Below, in pieces: positions 33,886 through 46,704 of a stretch of 49,788 nt of DNA (positions within the stretch are counted from its first letter, which is position 1; the number at the start of each line of letters is the position of its first letter). Made by a program: the position numbers and the translations under genes. The DNA lies in NCBI RefSeq assembly GCF_006345805.1, contig NW_021835869.1:1-49788 (forward strand), written 5' to 3'. This DNA is from Octopus sinensis (lineage: Eukaryota). Under the pieces are notes generated by a model. It made no database searches, was not told the origin of the DNA, and saw only the letters and a list, made by a program, of their open reading frames with translations.

Positions 33886-34244
33886 ACACGCTGAAGTTGA
33901 ACTAGGGACGGCTGATGAAGGGGATTTTTCCTTGTGTAGTTGTCTTGTACTCTGTTTTTCGTTGTTAAAGGAATGGTCCGTTCCATGCTGTTTTTACGTT
34001 TTCGTTTCTCGTTGAGTTCTACGTCTATTTGTGTGTCCTGTACACACGTATATATATTTATACATGCATGTATATATACATGTAGATGTAGGTACGTAAT
34101 ATATGTTTGTATGTATGCATATATTTTATTTATTACACTATTGTATGAGTGAGCGCCCTCGCGTCGATTCGATTCGATTCGTTTCGTTTCGTTTTATCTC
34201 CTCCAAGTAAGTTTATTTATATATATATATAATTATATATATAT

Positions 34245-34280
<36 letters not shown>

Positions 34281-35034
34281 AAGCAATATGTGTGTGTGTA
34301 AAAGATAGATAGATCGCATCCCTTTAACAGCATTCCCCATCTAACATTTGCTTGTCACAGTCTGCAGTAAATGGTTGTCCTACTGCTCTTCCTGACAAAC
34401 TGACTGAAATTAGCTTTGGCGCTTACAGACGAAATTCGGACTGGAATTTTACCTATTACTATTTATTCAGATATATAAAAAAAATATATATATATATAAG
34501 ATAAGCAACGAAAACTACGACTACACACAAAAAAAAGAAAGGTACAGGTGTGAGTCAAGGACAAAAACTTGTTTGTTGTTAATCAAATATTTGATTGAGA
34601 AAACGAGACAAATTTTACCATAGCTGTGACGACACCGACGGGAACAAAGAGGGAGCCCATGTCAGCTATATGATTTCACATACCATGCTGTCACTTCATT
34701 ATGTACTTGTTAGTATTGTTGTTATCATTGTTGTTACTGTTATTATTATTACTATTATTATTGTTGTTGTTGTTGTTGTTGTTGTTGTTAGTGTTGTTGC
34801 TCCAGTTTTCCAAACACAAAAAATATAGGGATTCTGTAGCTGTCCACCCCATTAACTGGCGTACAAAAAATGTTTGCCTTAAAACATTTTAAACTGTTTA
34901 CATATTATATGTATATATGTGTTTGTGTGTGTGTGTGTGTGTGCTTGTGTGTGTGTGTGTGTTTGTATGTGCTTGTGTGTGTCTATCTAAGTATATATAT
35001 ATTATATATATATATATATATGTATATATGTGTT

Positions 35035-35047
<13 letters not shown>

Positions 35048-35065
<18 letters not shown>

Positions 35066-35296
35066 ATGTATGTATGTATGTATGTATGTATGTATGTATG
35101 TATGTATGTATGTATGTATGTATGTATGTATGTATGTATGTATGTATGTATGTATGTATGTATGTATGTATGTATGTATGTATGTATGTATGTATGTATG
35201 TATGTATGTATGTATGTATGTATGTATGTATGTATGTATGTATGTATGTATGTATGTATGTATGTATGTATGTATGTATGTATGTATGTATGTATG
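35048..35296 (+). repeat. Perfect (TATG)n array, ~250 bp
   Basis: Direct inspection. Confidence 0.95.
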
Positions 35297-35826
35297 TGTG
35301 CATGTATGTATGTATTTATATACGTATATATATATATATGTATATATGTGTTTGTGTGTGTGTGTGTATGTATGTATCTGTGTACATGAATGTGTGTGTA
35401 TGTCTCTCTGTGTGTGTATGCTGGCAAATAGTAATTTGTATTGTTCTTCCTTTCTTTGCAGAGTATCCTTACAAGTGCCAGGAAGTGGTACTCTCTCTGC
35501 ATTGTTAGTCACAAATACTTCTTCAAATTATGTTCAGATGAAAAAAAAAATGAGATTGAAGAAAAAAAGAAACCAATGGAACAACTCAATCATGGAGACA
35601 CAGCTTCAGGCTTAAACACTTACAGTCGTACAATGTAACAAAAGAAAGACAGAGAAAGAAAACTTTAGTGTTGAAAGCATTGATTTGAATGAGAAACAAT
35701 TCGTACAAGAGTAACAACATTGCCATCATTTTTTGTTTGTTTGCTTGTTTGTTTTTATTTTTGCAAACGTGGTGGCGAGACTTGAACCCATCCGGGGAAA
35801 AAATGAAATCAGGAGTGCAATGATCG

Positions 35827-36164
35827 GAGACCCCCTTCGGTCACGACACAGACCATGGGATTTCACCTAGAAAGTTACCCTCCAAGACACAAGTCCGTAC
35901 GAGGTTATTTATGGAAGACCAGCAGTCGCCCATGCATACCAGCCTCCCCTCTCCACGCCACCAGTGTTATCCAAGGGAAAGACAAAGGTCGATACAGCTT
36001 GGCACCAGTGACGTCGCAACTCATTTCTACAGCTGAGTGAACTGGAGCAACGTGAAATAAAGTGCCTTGCTCAAGAACACAACACGCAGCCCGGTCCGGG
36101 ATTCGAGCTCACAACCTCACGATCGTAAGCTCGACGCTCTAACCACTGAGCCATGCGCCTTCAC
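35827..36164 (-). mobile_element. SINE head S3 with tail T3, full length
   Basis: Minus strand gtgaaggcgcatggctcagtggttagagcgtcgagc head; reverse complement homologue of 687-1020. Confidence 0.9.
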
Positions 36165-36462
36165 TAATGATATATGTGCAATGATATATGATAGAAAAGC
36201 CAGAGCTTGTTTGCCCATCAAAGTTATTCAAGAAAGCGTGGAGAAAAGAGCGTGTATCTTTGATTTAAAAAAAAGCAAAAACGAAAAGGATTCCCATATA
36301 CCCTCAAAAGGAAAGCTAGAAGAAGTTTTGATTGATGTATGACGAGATGAGTATTCCATTGCATAAATCAGGGTATATGGAAGTGTATGCTTAATCTGTA
36401 AGGGCTGGCAACTCAACGCGATTTTGCCAGATAGAATCAGTGTACCAATATTTTTTCTATAG

Positions 36463-36559
36463 GCTGATGGCCACAGAACCTGGGTCTTAGGAATAGAACA
36501 GCCGGAGATATTGGCACGAACGTGGGTATTTGGCTTGCCGTCACCTTTACGCAACGATG
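36463..36559 (+). CDS. Candidate internal exon of an unidentified gene
   Basis: Acceptor ttttttctatag, donor G|GTATAC. The only open frame is ADGHRTWVLGIEQPEILARTWVFGLPSPLRND. No homology recognised. Confidence 0.3.
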
Positions 36560-36662
36560 GTATACACGATGTTTGGGTGGGGTTGTGCATGGACCAGCGA
36601 GGTGGTAATGAAAGTGGTGGATAAAAAATACTTACAGTAATACTAATAATGCTAACATCAAC

Positions 36663-36693
36663 TAATAATAATAACAACAACAACAACAACAAC

Positions 36694-36733
<40 letters not shown>

Positions 36734-36769
36734 GTAGTAGTAATAATAATAATAGTAATGATGATGATA

Positions 36770-36807
<38 letters not shown>

Positions 36808-36827
36808 AACAATAACCTCCACGACGT

Positions 36828-36858
<31 letters not shown>

Positions 36859-37005
36859 AAGAAGACGAAGAAGAAGAAGACGAAGAAGAAGAAGAAGAAG
36901 AAGAAGAAGAAGAGAAGAAGAAGAAGAAGAAGAGAAGAAGAAGAAGAAGACGAAGAAGAAGAAGAAGAAGAAGAAGAAGAAGAAGAAAAGAAGAAGAAGA
37001 AGAAG
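36663..37005 (+). repeat. Compound trinucleotide microsatellite (AAT/AAC/AGT/GAT/AAG)
   Basis: Direct inspection. Confidence 0.95.
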
Positions 37006-37326
37006 GAACCTTCCCTATACTGATAGCCCTTAATAAGATTACCTTGTCAATTAATCTTCATCTGTGTCACTGTATGTTTTGGAATATCCTAGACCATGAT
37101 TACTTCGCCATTATTGCAAACCTTTTCTAGTATGTCCCTAAACCGCATCTTTCCTGTTTCATAATGCTGGTATAACTTCTAATGTTCATAACTCCTAGCT
37201 CTTACAAGCTCGTGGATCTATTATTTTCTGAGCTAAATCTGCGAAACCAGAGACAGTTTGGCTTTTCATACTTGATTCTCTATTTCGTTATATTCGGCAC
37301 TAACTCTACTTTGCTTCATTATATTA

Positions 37327-37455
37327 GCACAAGGCTAGCAAGTTTTCAAGAAGGGGACAATTTGGTTATATCGACTCCAGTTCTTAGCTGGTACTTAATT
37401 TATAGACCTCGAAAGGATGGAAGGCAAAGTCGACTTCTATAGAATTTGAACTAGA
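37327..37455 (-). mobile_element. SINE S2 fragment
   Basis: ctggtacttaatttatagacctcgaaaggatggaaggcaaagtcgac. Confidence 0.75.
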
Positions 37456-38444
37456 ATTGGTTACTTTTTGTATTAATTTTTCTTTATCTTTTGTAGTCCT
37501 ACAGCAGCTATTTTACAATATATTTCAAAATACATAAGCTCCCTATGTTCGTATATTCGTTTTGATATAATCTATGGTACATTTGGGTGGTGTCTTCTAA
37601 ATGCAGTTATTTTTTCTCTGTCAACTCTAGCTAGTTCATGTAACCTCCAATTAATATCATTACAAATGTAAATTATTACTGACACAGCTAGCATATTAAT
37701 GCTTACTACTATATTTTTTTTTTCACATTTAGCCATATCTAAGTATTACTCTAATATTTCTTAATATTTCTTTCTAACCTTTTATTATATGTATTTTACC
37801 CAATCTAAGTTCATTTATCGCTAAATATTTGTGTATTTGTGTGAGATCCAATTCTCTTATCTTAGTTCCATTATCTATTATTATATTAGTTATCCAAATT
37901 CATCCAAATTTTCTTCTTAAAAGTTTGCTTTAGTGCGTTTTTCTTATCCAAATTCCATATCAATTTCTCTGATATATCAATTTACTCTCTGCAAATGTAT
38001 TTCTAATTGTCTATTATTTGCAGCATACGACTTGAGATCATCTATAAACAAAATGATGATCGGTTGTCTTATCATAGCATATGTATCCGCATCCAATTCT
38101 CTTTCATATATTGGCGAATGATATCAGGGCTACACCAAAAATGAAGGAAGAATAGTTTTATTTCAACTTTTTCCTTTTTATATGATACCTGTTTTTGTCC
38201 TTAACTGCAAAACTTTTTATTACTTCCTCATGACATGCTTTATGTGTCTTCTCATTACCGATACTCTTTGACTCATGGTTAATGTTTCCAGGATCCATAT
38301 GTGAAACATACTGTCACAAGCCTTCTGGTCGTCAACCCATGCTTTGTCTAGGCCTTTCTTGGCCTTCTTCTGCGGTCATTTCTATAGCTTTGGTCATCAG
38401 AAATTTATCTTCACAACATACCTTCTCTTTGATTCGAAACATCG

Positions 38445-38492
<48 letters not shown>

Positions 38493-38494
38493 CT

Positions 38495-38572
<78 letters not shown>

Positions 38573-38693
38573 TGTATGGTACATGTATTCATTCCTCATA
38601 TGCATCATCATCCTCACGTACATATTTAGAGATTTCTGAAGCTACAAATGAGAACACACGCACACACAAACACACGCAAGCATACTTTAAATA

Positions 38694-38918
38694 TATTTCT
38701 TTACTACCCACAAGGGACTAAACATAGAGGGGACAAACAAGGACAGACAAACGGATTGAGTCGATTACATCAACCCCAGTGCGTAACTGGTACTTAATTT
38801 ATCGACCCCGAAAGGATGAAAGGCAAAGTCGACCTCGGCGGAATTTGAACCTAGAACGTAAGGGCAGACGAAATACGGATACGCATTTCGCCCGGCGTGC
38901 TAACGTTTCTGCCAGCTT
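38694..38918 (-). mobile_element. SINE S2, nearly full length
   Basis: 14-bp TSD gcatactttaaata (38680-38693, 38919-38932). Confidence 0.95.
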
Positions 38919-39172
38919 GCATACTTTAAATAGCTGGAACAATCCATTCGACAGGTTTTCGAATAGTCTTCCTTCTTCCCACTTTCACTCACATGCCTTA
39001 GTTCAACACAGGGTTATGGTGAAGAGACATTTGCTGAAGATACTCTACTCTGGAAGCGATCCTAAGTCCATATCACTGCAAAGCGAGCTTCTTAACCAGT
39101 TGGCAATGCATGCATCCGTGCACACACGTTCATAAATACATCCAGGCACCCTTCTTTACTATCATCCATGTA

Positions 39173-39495
39173 TACTCTTTTACTCTTTTACTCTTTTACT
39201 TGTTTCAGTCATTTGACTGCGGCCATGCTGGAGCACCGCCTTTAGTCGAGCAAATCGACCCCGGGACTTATTCTTTGTAAGCCCAGTACTTATTCTATCG
39301 GTCTCTTTTGCCGAACCGCTAAGTGACGGGGACGTAAACACACCAGCATCGGTTGTCAAGCAATGCTAGGGGGACAAACACAGACACACAAACATATTCA
39401 CACACACTTATATATATATACATATATACGACAGGCTTCTTTCAGTTTCCGTCTACCAAATCCACTCACAAGGCATTGGTCGGCCCGGGGCTATA
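39173..39495 (-). mobile_element. SINE S1, 5'-truncated
   Basis: High identity to 17709-18126; lacks the tRNA head. Confidence 0.9.
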
Positions 39496-39623
39496 CATAC
39501 AAATAGACATAAAGTCAGTGTTTCAGACCCAACAGAGAATTTATAATGCATCCAAATGAATTGCATCATAAAAGCACCCTTTTTTTGTTTCTTTATACGT
39601 ACATACATACATACATACATATA

Positions 39624-39682
<59 letters not shown>

Positions 39683-40252
39683 GTGTGAGTGTGTGTGCGT
39701 TTATTTATTCCATTCTTTTGTAATTTATTTTGACAGACATTCTGAGTGTTCTATACAAACTTTATAATGCAACATTGACGTAACAACTTCACACCGAACC
39801 ATACAATAGAACCAATTCTTGTTCCTGTTTCAAGATGTGGCAACTCTGTTCGTGTCCTAGCAGTCTTATAGTCTGTACAATGTTTTAACAAAACTAAATA
39901 CAGTGAGAACGAAAAAAATTTTTTTTAAAAAGGGAAAAAATAACTGAGTTATGCTTGTTCACTTACACTGGCTGTATGATTCAGTGTTTGGGGTGTATAT
40001 AGAATGAATTTTCTCTGTAGCGTTTTGTATTTCATATTATTCAATTTCAATACAAACCATTGATCGGTCTGTTTATTTTTGCGTTATAGTATATTATATG
40101 TGTTTTTGTTTGTAAAGATCTTTGATAGCGGTTTTAATTTTTGTAATCCAGATGTTTGAATGTTTGAAAATATCGCGGATGTGTGGGTAGCGGGTTGGGG
40201 GTAAATATAAATAAGAAGGAAAAGATAGAATATAATTATATATGCCGTTCCC

Positions 40253-40293
<41 letters not shown>

Positions 40294-40399
40294 GTGTGTT
40301 TGTGTGTGTGTATGTATGTGTGTTTGTGTGCGTGAGCGTATGCCTGTGCGTGTTTATGTAAGAGAGGGAAGAGAGAGAGAGAGAATGGTGTATTTATGC

Positions 40400-40481
40400 C
40401 GGGCGAGTGGAAGGAAGAAAAAGAGAGACAGAGACAGAAAGGGAGACAGAGATACAGAGAGAGAGAGGGAGAGAGACAGAC

Positions 40482-40526
<45 letters not shown>

Positions 40527-40920
40527 CAGACAGACAGAAAGAGAGATTTAGAAAATCTGAAAGGAAAAAAATGGAAAATAATATAAGACAAGGATAGTGT
40601 CTAGAATTGCAGTAAAAGGACAAAAGAAAGAAAGAAAAGAAAGAGAGAAGGAAAGGAAGGAAGGAAGGAAGGAAGGAAGGAAGGAAGGAAGGAAGGAAGG
40701 AAGGAAGGATGAAATGAAAGAATGAAATGGAAGAATGAAATGGAAGAATGAAAGAAAGAAATGGAAGAAAGCGAAGGAAAGAAAGATAAACAAAAATTTT
40801 AGTGAGAAAGAAATACAAACAAAAGTAGAAAACAAATGAAAATAAAGTCCAAAGGAGCAAAGAAAATTACCCTTGGGATTAACGAAAGAAAGAAAGAAAG
40901 AAAGAAAGAAGGAAGGAAAG
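40400..40920 (+). repeat. Purine-rich (AG)n/(AAGG)n/(AAAG)n field
   Basis: Direct inspection. Confidence 0.9.
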
Positions 40921-41293
40921 AAAATATTCTTTTACGTGCAATTATTATAAAGGAAAATAAAACCGATTCATCGATTATCCAGTGACGGGAATCGCTCTAT
41001 GCGCAAAATCTCACATCAAAAGTAGCTATCAACCGGAAGTAAGGAGAGACGGAAGAGAAAACAGTGAAGGGAAAAAAAAAATAAAAAAAGAAGCATCAAT
41101 AACGGGGAAAGAATAAAAAGAAGGAAGAAAGGAAGGAAGGAATGGAGAGTAAGGTGCGGAAGATTTGACAATGAACATGTATTCTTTTACGATCACTAGG
41201 GAACTTGTTCTCCACAAAACATGTAGGAAATCCCTTGGAGGTCGCCCAGTTTACATGGGTGTGATTTAAGAGGGCTGTGGTTGTTCTTTCTAG

Positions 41294-41368
41294 TACACCC
41301 AACCACTGTAACAGAGACACCTGTAAAATCGTCGTTGGTTAGCTCCAACCCGATTTTGAATTTCTGAG
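41294..41368 (+). other. Candidate exon, coding status unclear
   Basis: Acceptor ttgttctttctag, donor AG|GTATGT. The longest frame HPTTVTETPVKSSLVSSNPILNF ends in TGA one base before the donor. Confidence 0.25.
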
Positions 41369-42008
41369 GTATGTGATTTGATGAAGTTTGGCACCCAATC
41401 CTAGCAGTTCCAATGCCTACACACAGGTTCCCTCATTGGTTTCAGGGTCTTATAAGTGTTGCCTAGTATATAATCATAACCATTTCAAATTGTGGCTACC
41501 CCACGTGTGTATGTATGTATGTATGTATGTATGTATGTATGTATGTATGTATGTATGTATGTACGTAGTTATGTATGTGTAAATATATATACATATGCTT
41601 GTATACATGTATATATATATATATATATGTGTGTGTGGTGTGTGTGTGGTGTGTGTGTGTATGTGCATATATATATATATATATAAATTTAAAATGAGGT
41701 TGAGAAATTAGATATTAATTTAACTAACATCGATTTCACACCAGTGCTCTAGCATAAAAAAACCGATGGTTCAGTAAAATTGTATCATATATATATATAT
41801 TAGAGGGAAACCACTATGTGGACACCCATGTGTTAGAAACAGATCTGCTACGGTCTCACCACTAAGAAATGTTCTCAAGAAAAAGTTAGCAAAACAACCG
41901 AAACGTAATCGAGCAAGACTAAAGAAAAAGCAATAAAAATACGGATTATTCGCATACATGTTTCACTGTTAACAAATTACGTAATCTTACTTACGTAATT
42001 GTCCGTAG

Positions 42009-42111
42009 ATCATCGGTACGACCATCCAAGGTGATTATAATTTGCAGGACTGCATACTAGGACGTCCACACAAAGTCAGACTTGTAAAACAGTTCTACCC
42101 ATTACACACAG
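42009..42111 (+). CDS. Candidate internal exon
   Basis: gtccgtag acceptor, AG|GTATGT donor, open frame IIGTTIQGDYNLQDCILGRPHKVRLVKQFYPLHT. The donor may simply be the start of a SINE microsatellite. Confidence 0.2.
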
Positions 42112-42388
42112 GTATGTGTGTGTGTGTGTGTGGTGTGTGTGTGTGGTGTGTGTTTGTGTACATATCTATTGTGTGCATATTTGTGTTTGTGTTTGTTCCC
42201 ACTACCTCTCGACAACCTGTGTTGGTTTCTTTATGTCTGCCGTAACTTAGGAGTTTAGCATGAGGGACTGATAGAGAAATACCAGACTTAATGAATGAAA
42301 TAAGTATTAAGGTCGACTGCTCAACAAAATCTTTGAAGGTGGTACCTCAGCATGGCCGCAGTCCAATGACTGAAACAAGTAAAAGATA
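42112..42388 (+). mobile_element. SINE S1 3' half, degenerate
   Basis: (TG)n..tttgttccc..cagcatggccgcagtccaatgactgaaacaagtaaaaga. Confidence 0.8.
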
Positions 42389-42396
42389 ATATATAT

Positions 42397-42525
42397 ATAT
42401 TACTATCGTAAATATGGGGGTTATAAATTAAAATAATCTATTACCAGTGGTTAGCATGCGTAAATTAAAATCATAAGACATAACATATTTTTATTTTATT
42501 ACCCTCATATTTACGATAGTAATAT
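42397..42525. mobile_element. 129-bp miniature inverted-repeat element
   Basis: atattactatcgtaaatatgggg versus ccctcatatttacgatagtaatat (inverted, one mismatch, extending to ~40 bp). Confidence 0.7.
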
Positions 42526-43424
42526 TTATAATTCTGAGACTATATAGGACACAGTTTTAAATGTATTTATTTACTACTGGACTATATATTTACGTTCGCG
42601 CACTAAGTTTGAATCCTTAATGAATAAAGATGTAGCTGTCTTCCGCATGCGTTTTCGGTACGTATTTGAAATTACATAATTATTCATTAATTAGTAAGGT
42701 ACTAGTCATGGAATTGATTTATGCAACTAACCTTTCCTCCAAATTTCTGGCCTTCTGCCTAATTTGAAAACAATTATTCTATTGTTATTTTATGTATTTA
42801 ATTTATAATCATAAATCACATCATATATATATATATATATATATAAATAACAAGGTAAAAGTTTTTATTTTTCATTTCCTTCGAAAATTGCAATTAAATT
42901 GTGGATTTGGACGTTTTGGCTGCTTCTTCTAGCATGTAAAAATTACCTGTTAAAGGGTAGTTTACTCTTGTGTTTAATTTTACACTATTTTAAAATAAAA
43001 ATATGTTGTATATATTATATATATATATATATACCGGAGTAAACACATAAATGTGAAACAAGGTGGAAATAAGAGTACTTAAATACCAGTGGTAGAGTAA
43101 TATGCTTTATTTAAAGCAGCAGAAAATTCAACAAAACCTGTTACTCTGAGTTTCCCGTTGCCGTTCATATATATGTACAGAAAGAGAGGGGGGAGAGAAA
43201 GAGAGGGGTAGAAAGAGAGAGGCAATTATGCGGATAATCAAATTGGATATTTTAAATATAACAGTTTCTATGTCAAATATAATTTGTTTATCTGCATAAC
43301 TGCTTCTATATCTACTCAACTTGATCGCTCTTATACCCATTTTTTACCCCGTGGAATTAATCCCCTGTAAAGGCATTGGAGTCAAAGAGTTTTAATCATT
43401 TGAACGCTACTAAGTGGTTTCTCC

Positions 43425-43810
43425 GTGGAGGCGCAATGGCCCAGTGGTTAGGGCAGCGGACTCGCGGTCATAGGATCGCGGTTTCGTTTCCCAGACCGGG
43501 CGTTGTGAGTGTTTATTGAGCGAAAACACCTAAAGCTCCACGAGGCTCCGACAGGGGATGGTGGTGATCCCTGCTGTACTCTTTCACCACAACTTTCTCT
43601 CACTCTTACTTCCTGTTTCTGTTGTACCTGTATTTCAAAGGGCCGGCCTTGTCACTTTTTGTGTCACGCTGAATATCCCCGAGAGCTACGTTAAGGGTAC
43701 ACGTGTCTGTGGAGTGCTCAGCCACTTACACGTTAATTTCACGAGCAGGCTGTTCCGTTGATTCGGATCAACCGGAACCCTCGTCGTCGTAACCGACGGA
43801 GTGCTTCCAC
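43425..43810 (+). mobile_element. SINE head S4 with tail T1, full length
   Basis: Nearly identical to 23375-23758. Degenerate 16-bp TSD actaagtggtttctcc / actaagtgtcttctct. Confidence 0.95.
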
Positions 43811-44130
43811 ACTAAGTGTCTTCTCTACTGAAAATCTCCCGTCTCAATTTATGTTTCAATAATGGGTAAATTATTGTGCTTAAATAACAGGCAGATGCAT
43901 TTATATAATATAAATTTCGATGAGAAGATGCATGAAAACGATTTAAGACACAAGCACTTAGGCGTAACTTACAGAGTCAATGTCTTTGGCTATCAATTGT
44001 TGCGCCAACCACAAAATGTTTATTATTCAACATGTAATAACAAACGCCATAGTATTCTTCATTTTTAACATTCACTTAAATTTCAGTAGCTGAAGAAATG
44101 ATAGTTCTTTATTGTATGAATATATGAGGA

Positions 44131-44502
44131 ATGGAAGCAATCCGTCGGTTACGACGATGAGGGTTCCGGTTGATCCGAATCAACGGAAAAGCCTGCTCGT
44201 GAAATTAACGTGTAAGTGGCTGAGCACTCCACAGACACGTGCACCCTTAACGTAGTTCTCGGGGATATTCAGCGTGACACAGAGAGTGACAAGGCCGGCC
44301 TCTTGAAGTACAGGTACCACAGAAACAGGAAGTAAGAGTGAGAGAAAGTTGTGGTGAAAGAGTACAGCAGGGATCACCACCATCCCCTGCCGGAGCCTCG
44401 TGGAGCTTTAGGTGTTTTCGCTCAATAAACACTCACAACGCCCGGTCTGGGAATCGAAACCGCAAGTCCGCTGCCCTAACCACTGGGCCATTGCGCCTCC
44501 AC
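44131..44502 (-). mobile_element. SINE head S4 with tail T1, inverted relative to 43425-43810
   Basis: Reverse complement homologue with a small deletion in the head; TSD atgaatatat (44116-44125, 44503-44512). Confidence 0.95.
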
Positions 44503-45534
44503 ATGAATATATATATATCCATTACCTATAAATAAATGATAATTTGAATGAATATGTTTAAACATACATATATACATACATACATACATACATACATACA
44601 TACATACATACATACATACATACATACACACATACATACATACCTATTTGTAAACAAGTACGTATCTTACAGGTGCAACATAATGAATTCTGTTGGTGGT
44701 ATGACCAATATATATATACGAAATAATCCAAATAGAAAGAATTCATCTTCAATATGCGCTACTGAAGAAAACAGGTACATATTTTTTGTAATGGGAATCT
44801 GTGTCATCCATGTGTTTCGATGACTATTCGATTTTTCAGCTGGGTCACAAACAAAGAGGGGTCAGTCATACAAATACTTGACAATGGTCAGGTAATACGC
44901 AACAAAACTTTATTTGTTGTCACTCGACCAGTTTAAAGTAGCAGCAAATTCTGAAATGCAATGCTGCTGCTATTAATATACAGGATGCTTTGGTTGTTGT
45001 GACTCTAGATACACTGAATCTCATGAACAAAATATACACAGGATGGTCACGACTGGAATACTTATATCTGATCAGAAATGACTTAGGGTTAGATAGACAT
45101 CAACAGTAATAACAACATTACAGAAGAAAATCCAAAATGAGTTTGAATTTCAGAGATAACAATGAAGCAACCTTGGTTTAACAGATTTTAAAAAAACAAC
45201 AAATCAAAACGGGTTTTCGTTACATGAATGACGAGACATAAGGTGAAAACTATAGCTGTTCCCTTTTGTAAGTTTAAGAGAGAAATTAAGGGTAGAATTT
45301 CTCATAGATTTTGTTTCCTTTTTATGCTGAGGCTGCGGCAAATATCAAATGCATAAATCTGAATAAAAACACTATTTCTGTCAACAAGAAAGCTAAATTG
45401 AAAGAAGTGTAACGGACAGAAAATAAAAATCAGCTCCTGTAACTGTCAGGAGGGCCATAGAGGTGTGTGATCAGGGATACGTATGCGTATGAATACATAC
45501 ATGCAATTCAATATATATATATATATATACATTC

Positions 45535-45613
<79 letters not shown>

Positions 45614-45762
45614 GAGAATTGTAAAGAAATAGAGTGTGGGAGGAAGAGACGCACGCAATAATGTACATTTGTGTGTTCGAGAATGTATGTGTTTGTATAT
45701 ATATATATGTATATGTGTATGTGCATTTGTGTGCATATATATACACATATATATATAAATAT

Positions 45763-45801
<39 letters not shown>

Positions 45802-46241
45802 CATACATTCACCCAGGCACACACAAGCACACATGCACACAGTACGCGAGAGTGAGTGAGAGAGAGAGAGAGAGAGAGAAGGAGAGCGAGAATAATATGA
45901 CACATTTAATACTTAACACAGCTAATTATATGTTTATGTAAGCGCTTCTCTCATAGACACCGACGGTGAAACTGTATAAAAGCATCAATTGATAAAAGTG
46001 TTTTCATTACATGGACAGGTGAATTGTATATAGTGGAACAAACAGTGAAATCGCTGACTTGACGGCGGTATACAATAAGGGGGTTTTCAACTACCTTTCT
46101 CTCTCATACACACACGCACACACATACACACACACAGACACACACACACACACACACACATATAATAATATACACACATAGATATATATACACATATACA
46201 TATATATACATATATATATACATGTATACACTTATATATAC

Positions 46242-46280
<39 letters not shown>

Positions 46281-46482
46281 CACACGTATATATACATATA
46301 TATACATATTTATATATGCATATATTCACATATATGTATGTATGGATGGATGGATGTATATATGTATATACATACATATATATAGATTTAAATATACATA
46401 TACATAGTATATAGAGCATACATAATGTATGTATGTATATATATATATATATATATATACACTCAACTATACATACATATAT

Positions 46483-46704
46483 ATCACATGACCGACCACA
46501 CCATCAGATGTTGTTACACATCGCAGGTCACAATGCACTTCGCATTGTTTTAGCCTTCGAATGACGTCACCACGCTGGCTAAGCGAGCAGGCCAACAGAA
46601 GAAAGAGTGAAAGAAAGAGTGGTGAAAGAGTACAGCAGGGATCACTACCCCCTGCCGGAGCCTCGTGGAGCTTTAAGGTGTTTTCGCTCAATAAACACTC
46701 ACAA
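46483..46704 (-). mobile_element. SINE S4 with tail T2, 5'-truncated
   Basis: Homologous to 336-620. Confidence 0.85.

Noticed and set aside
36649-37033. Poly-N/D/K/E and poly-R ORFs
   Set aside because: Compound trinucleotide microsatellite.
41032-41040. Isolated ETS site ACCGGAAGT (also ~25373) and CRE TGACGTCA (25805)
   Set aside because: Single short motifs are expected by chance in 50 kb and have no supporting CpG island.
41873-41915. CTCAAGA...GAAACGTA hammerhead-like string
   Set aside because: G5 is lost, stem II is only ~3 bp, and stem I does not pair; at best a heavily decayed relic.
44812-44852. Minus-strand CTGAAAA...GAAAC hammerhead-like string
   Set aside because: C3.A8 mismatch, no convincing stem II or III, and no stem I partner.
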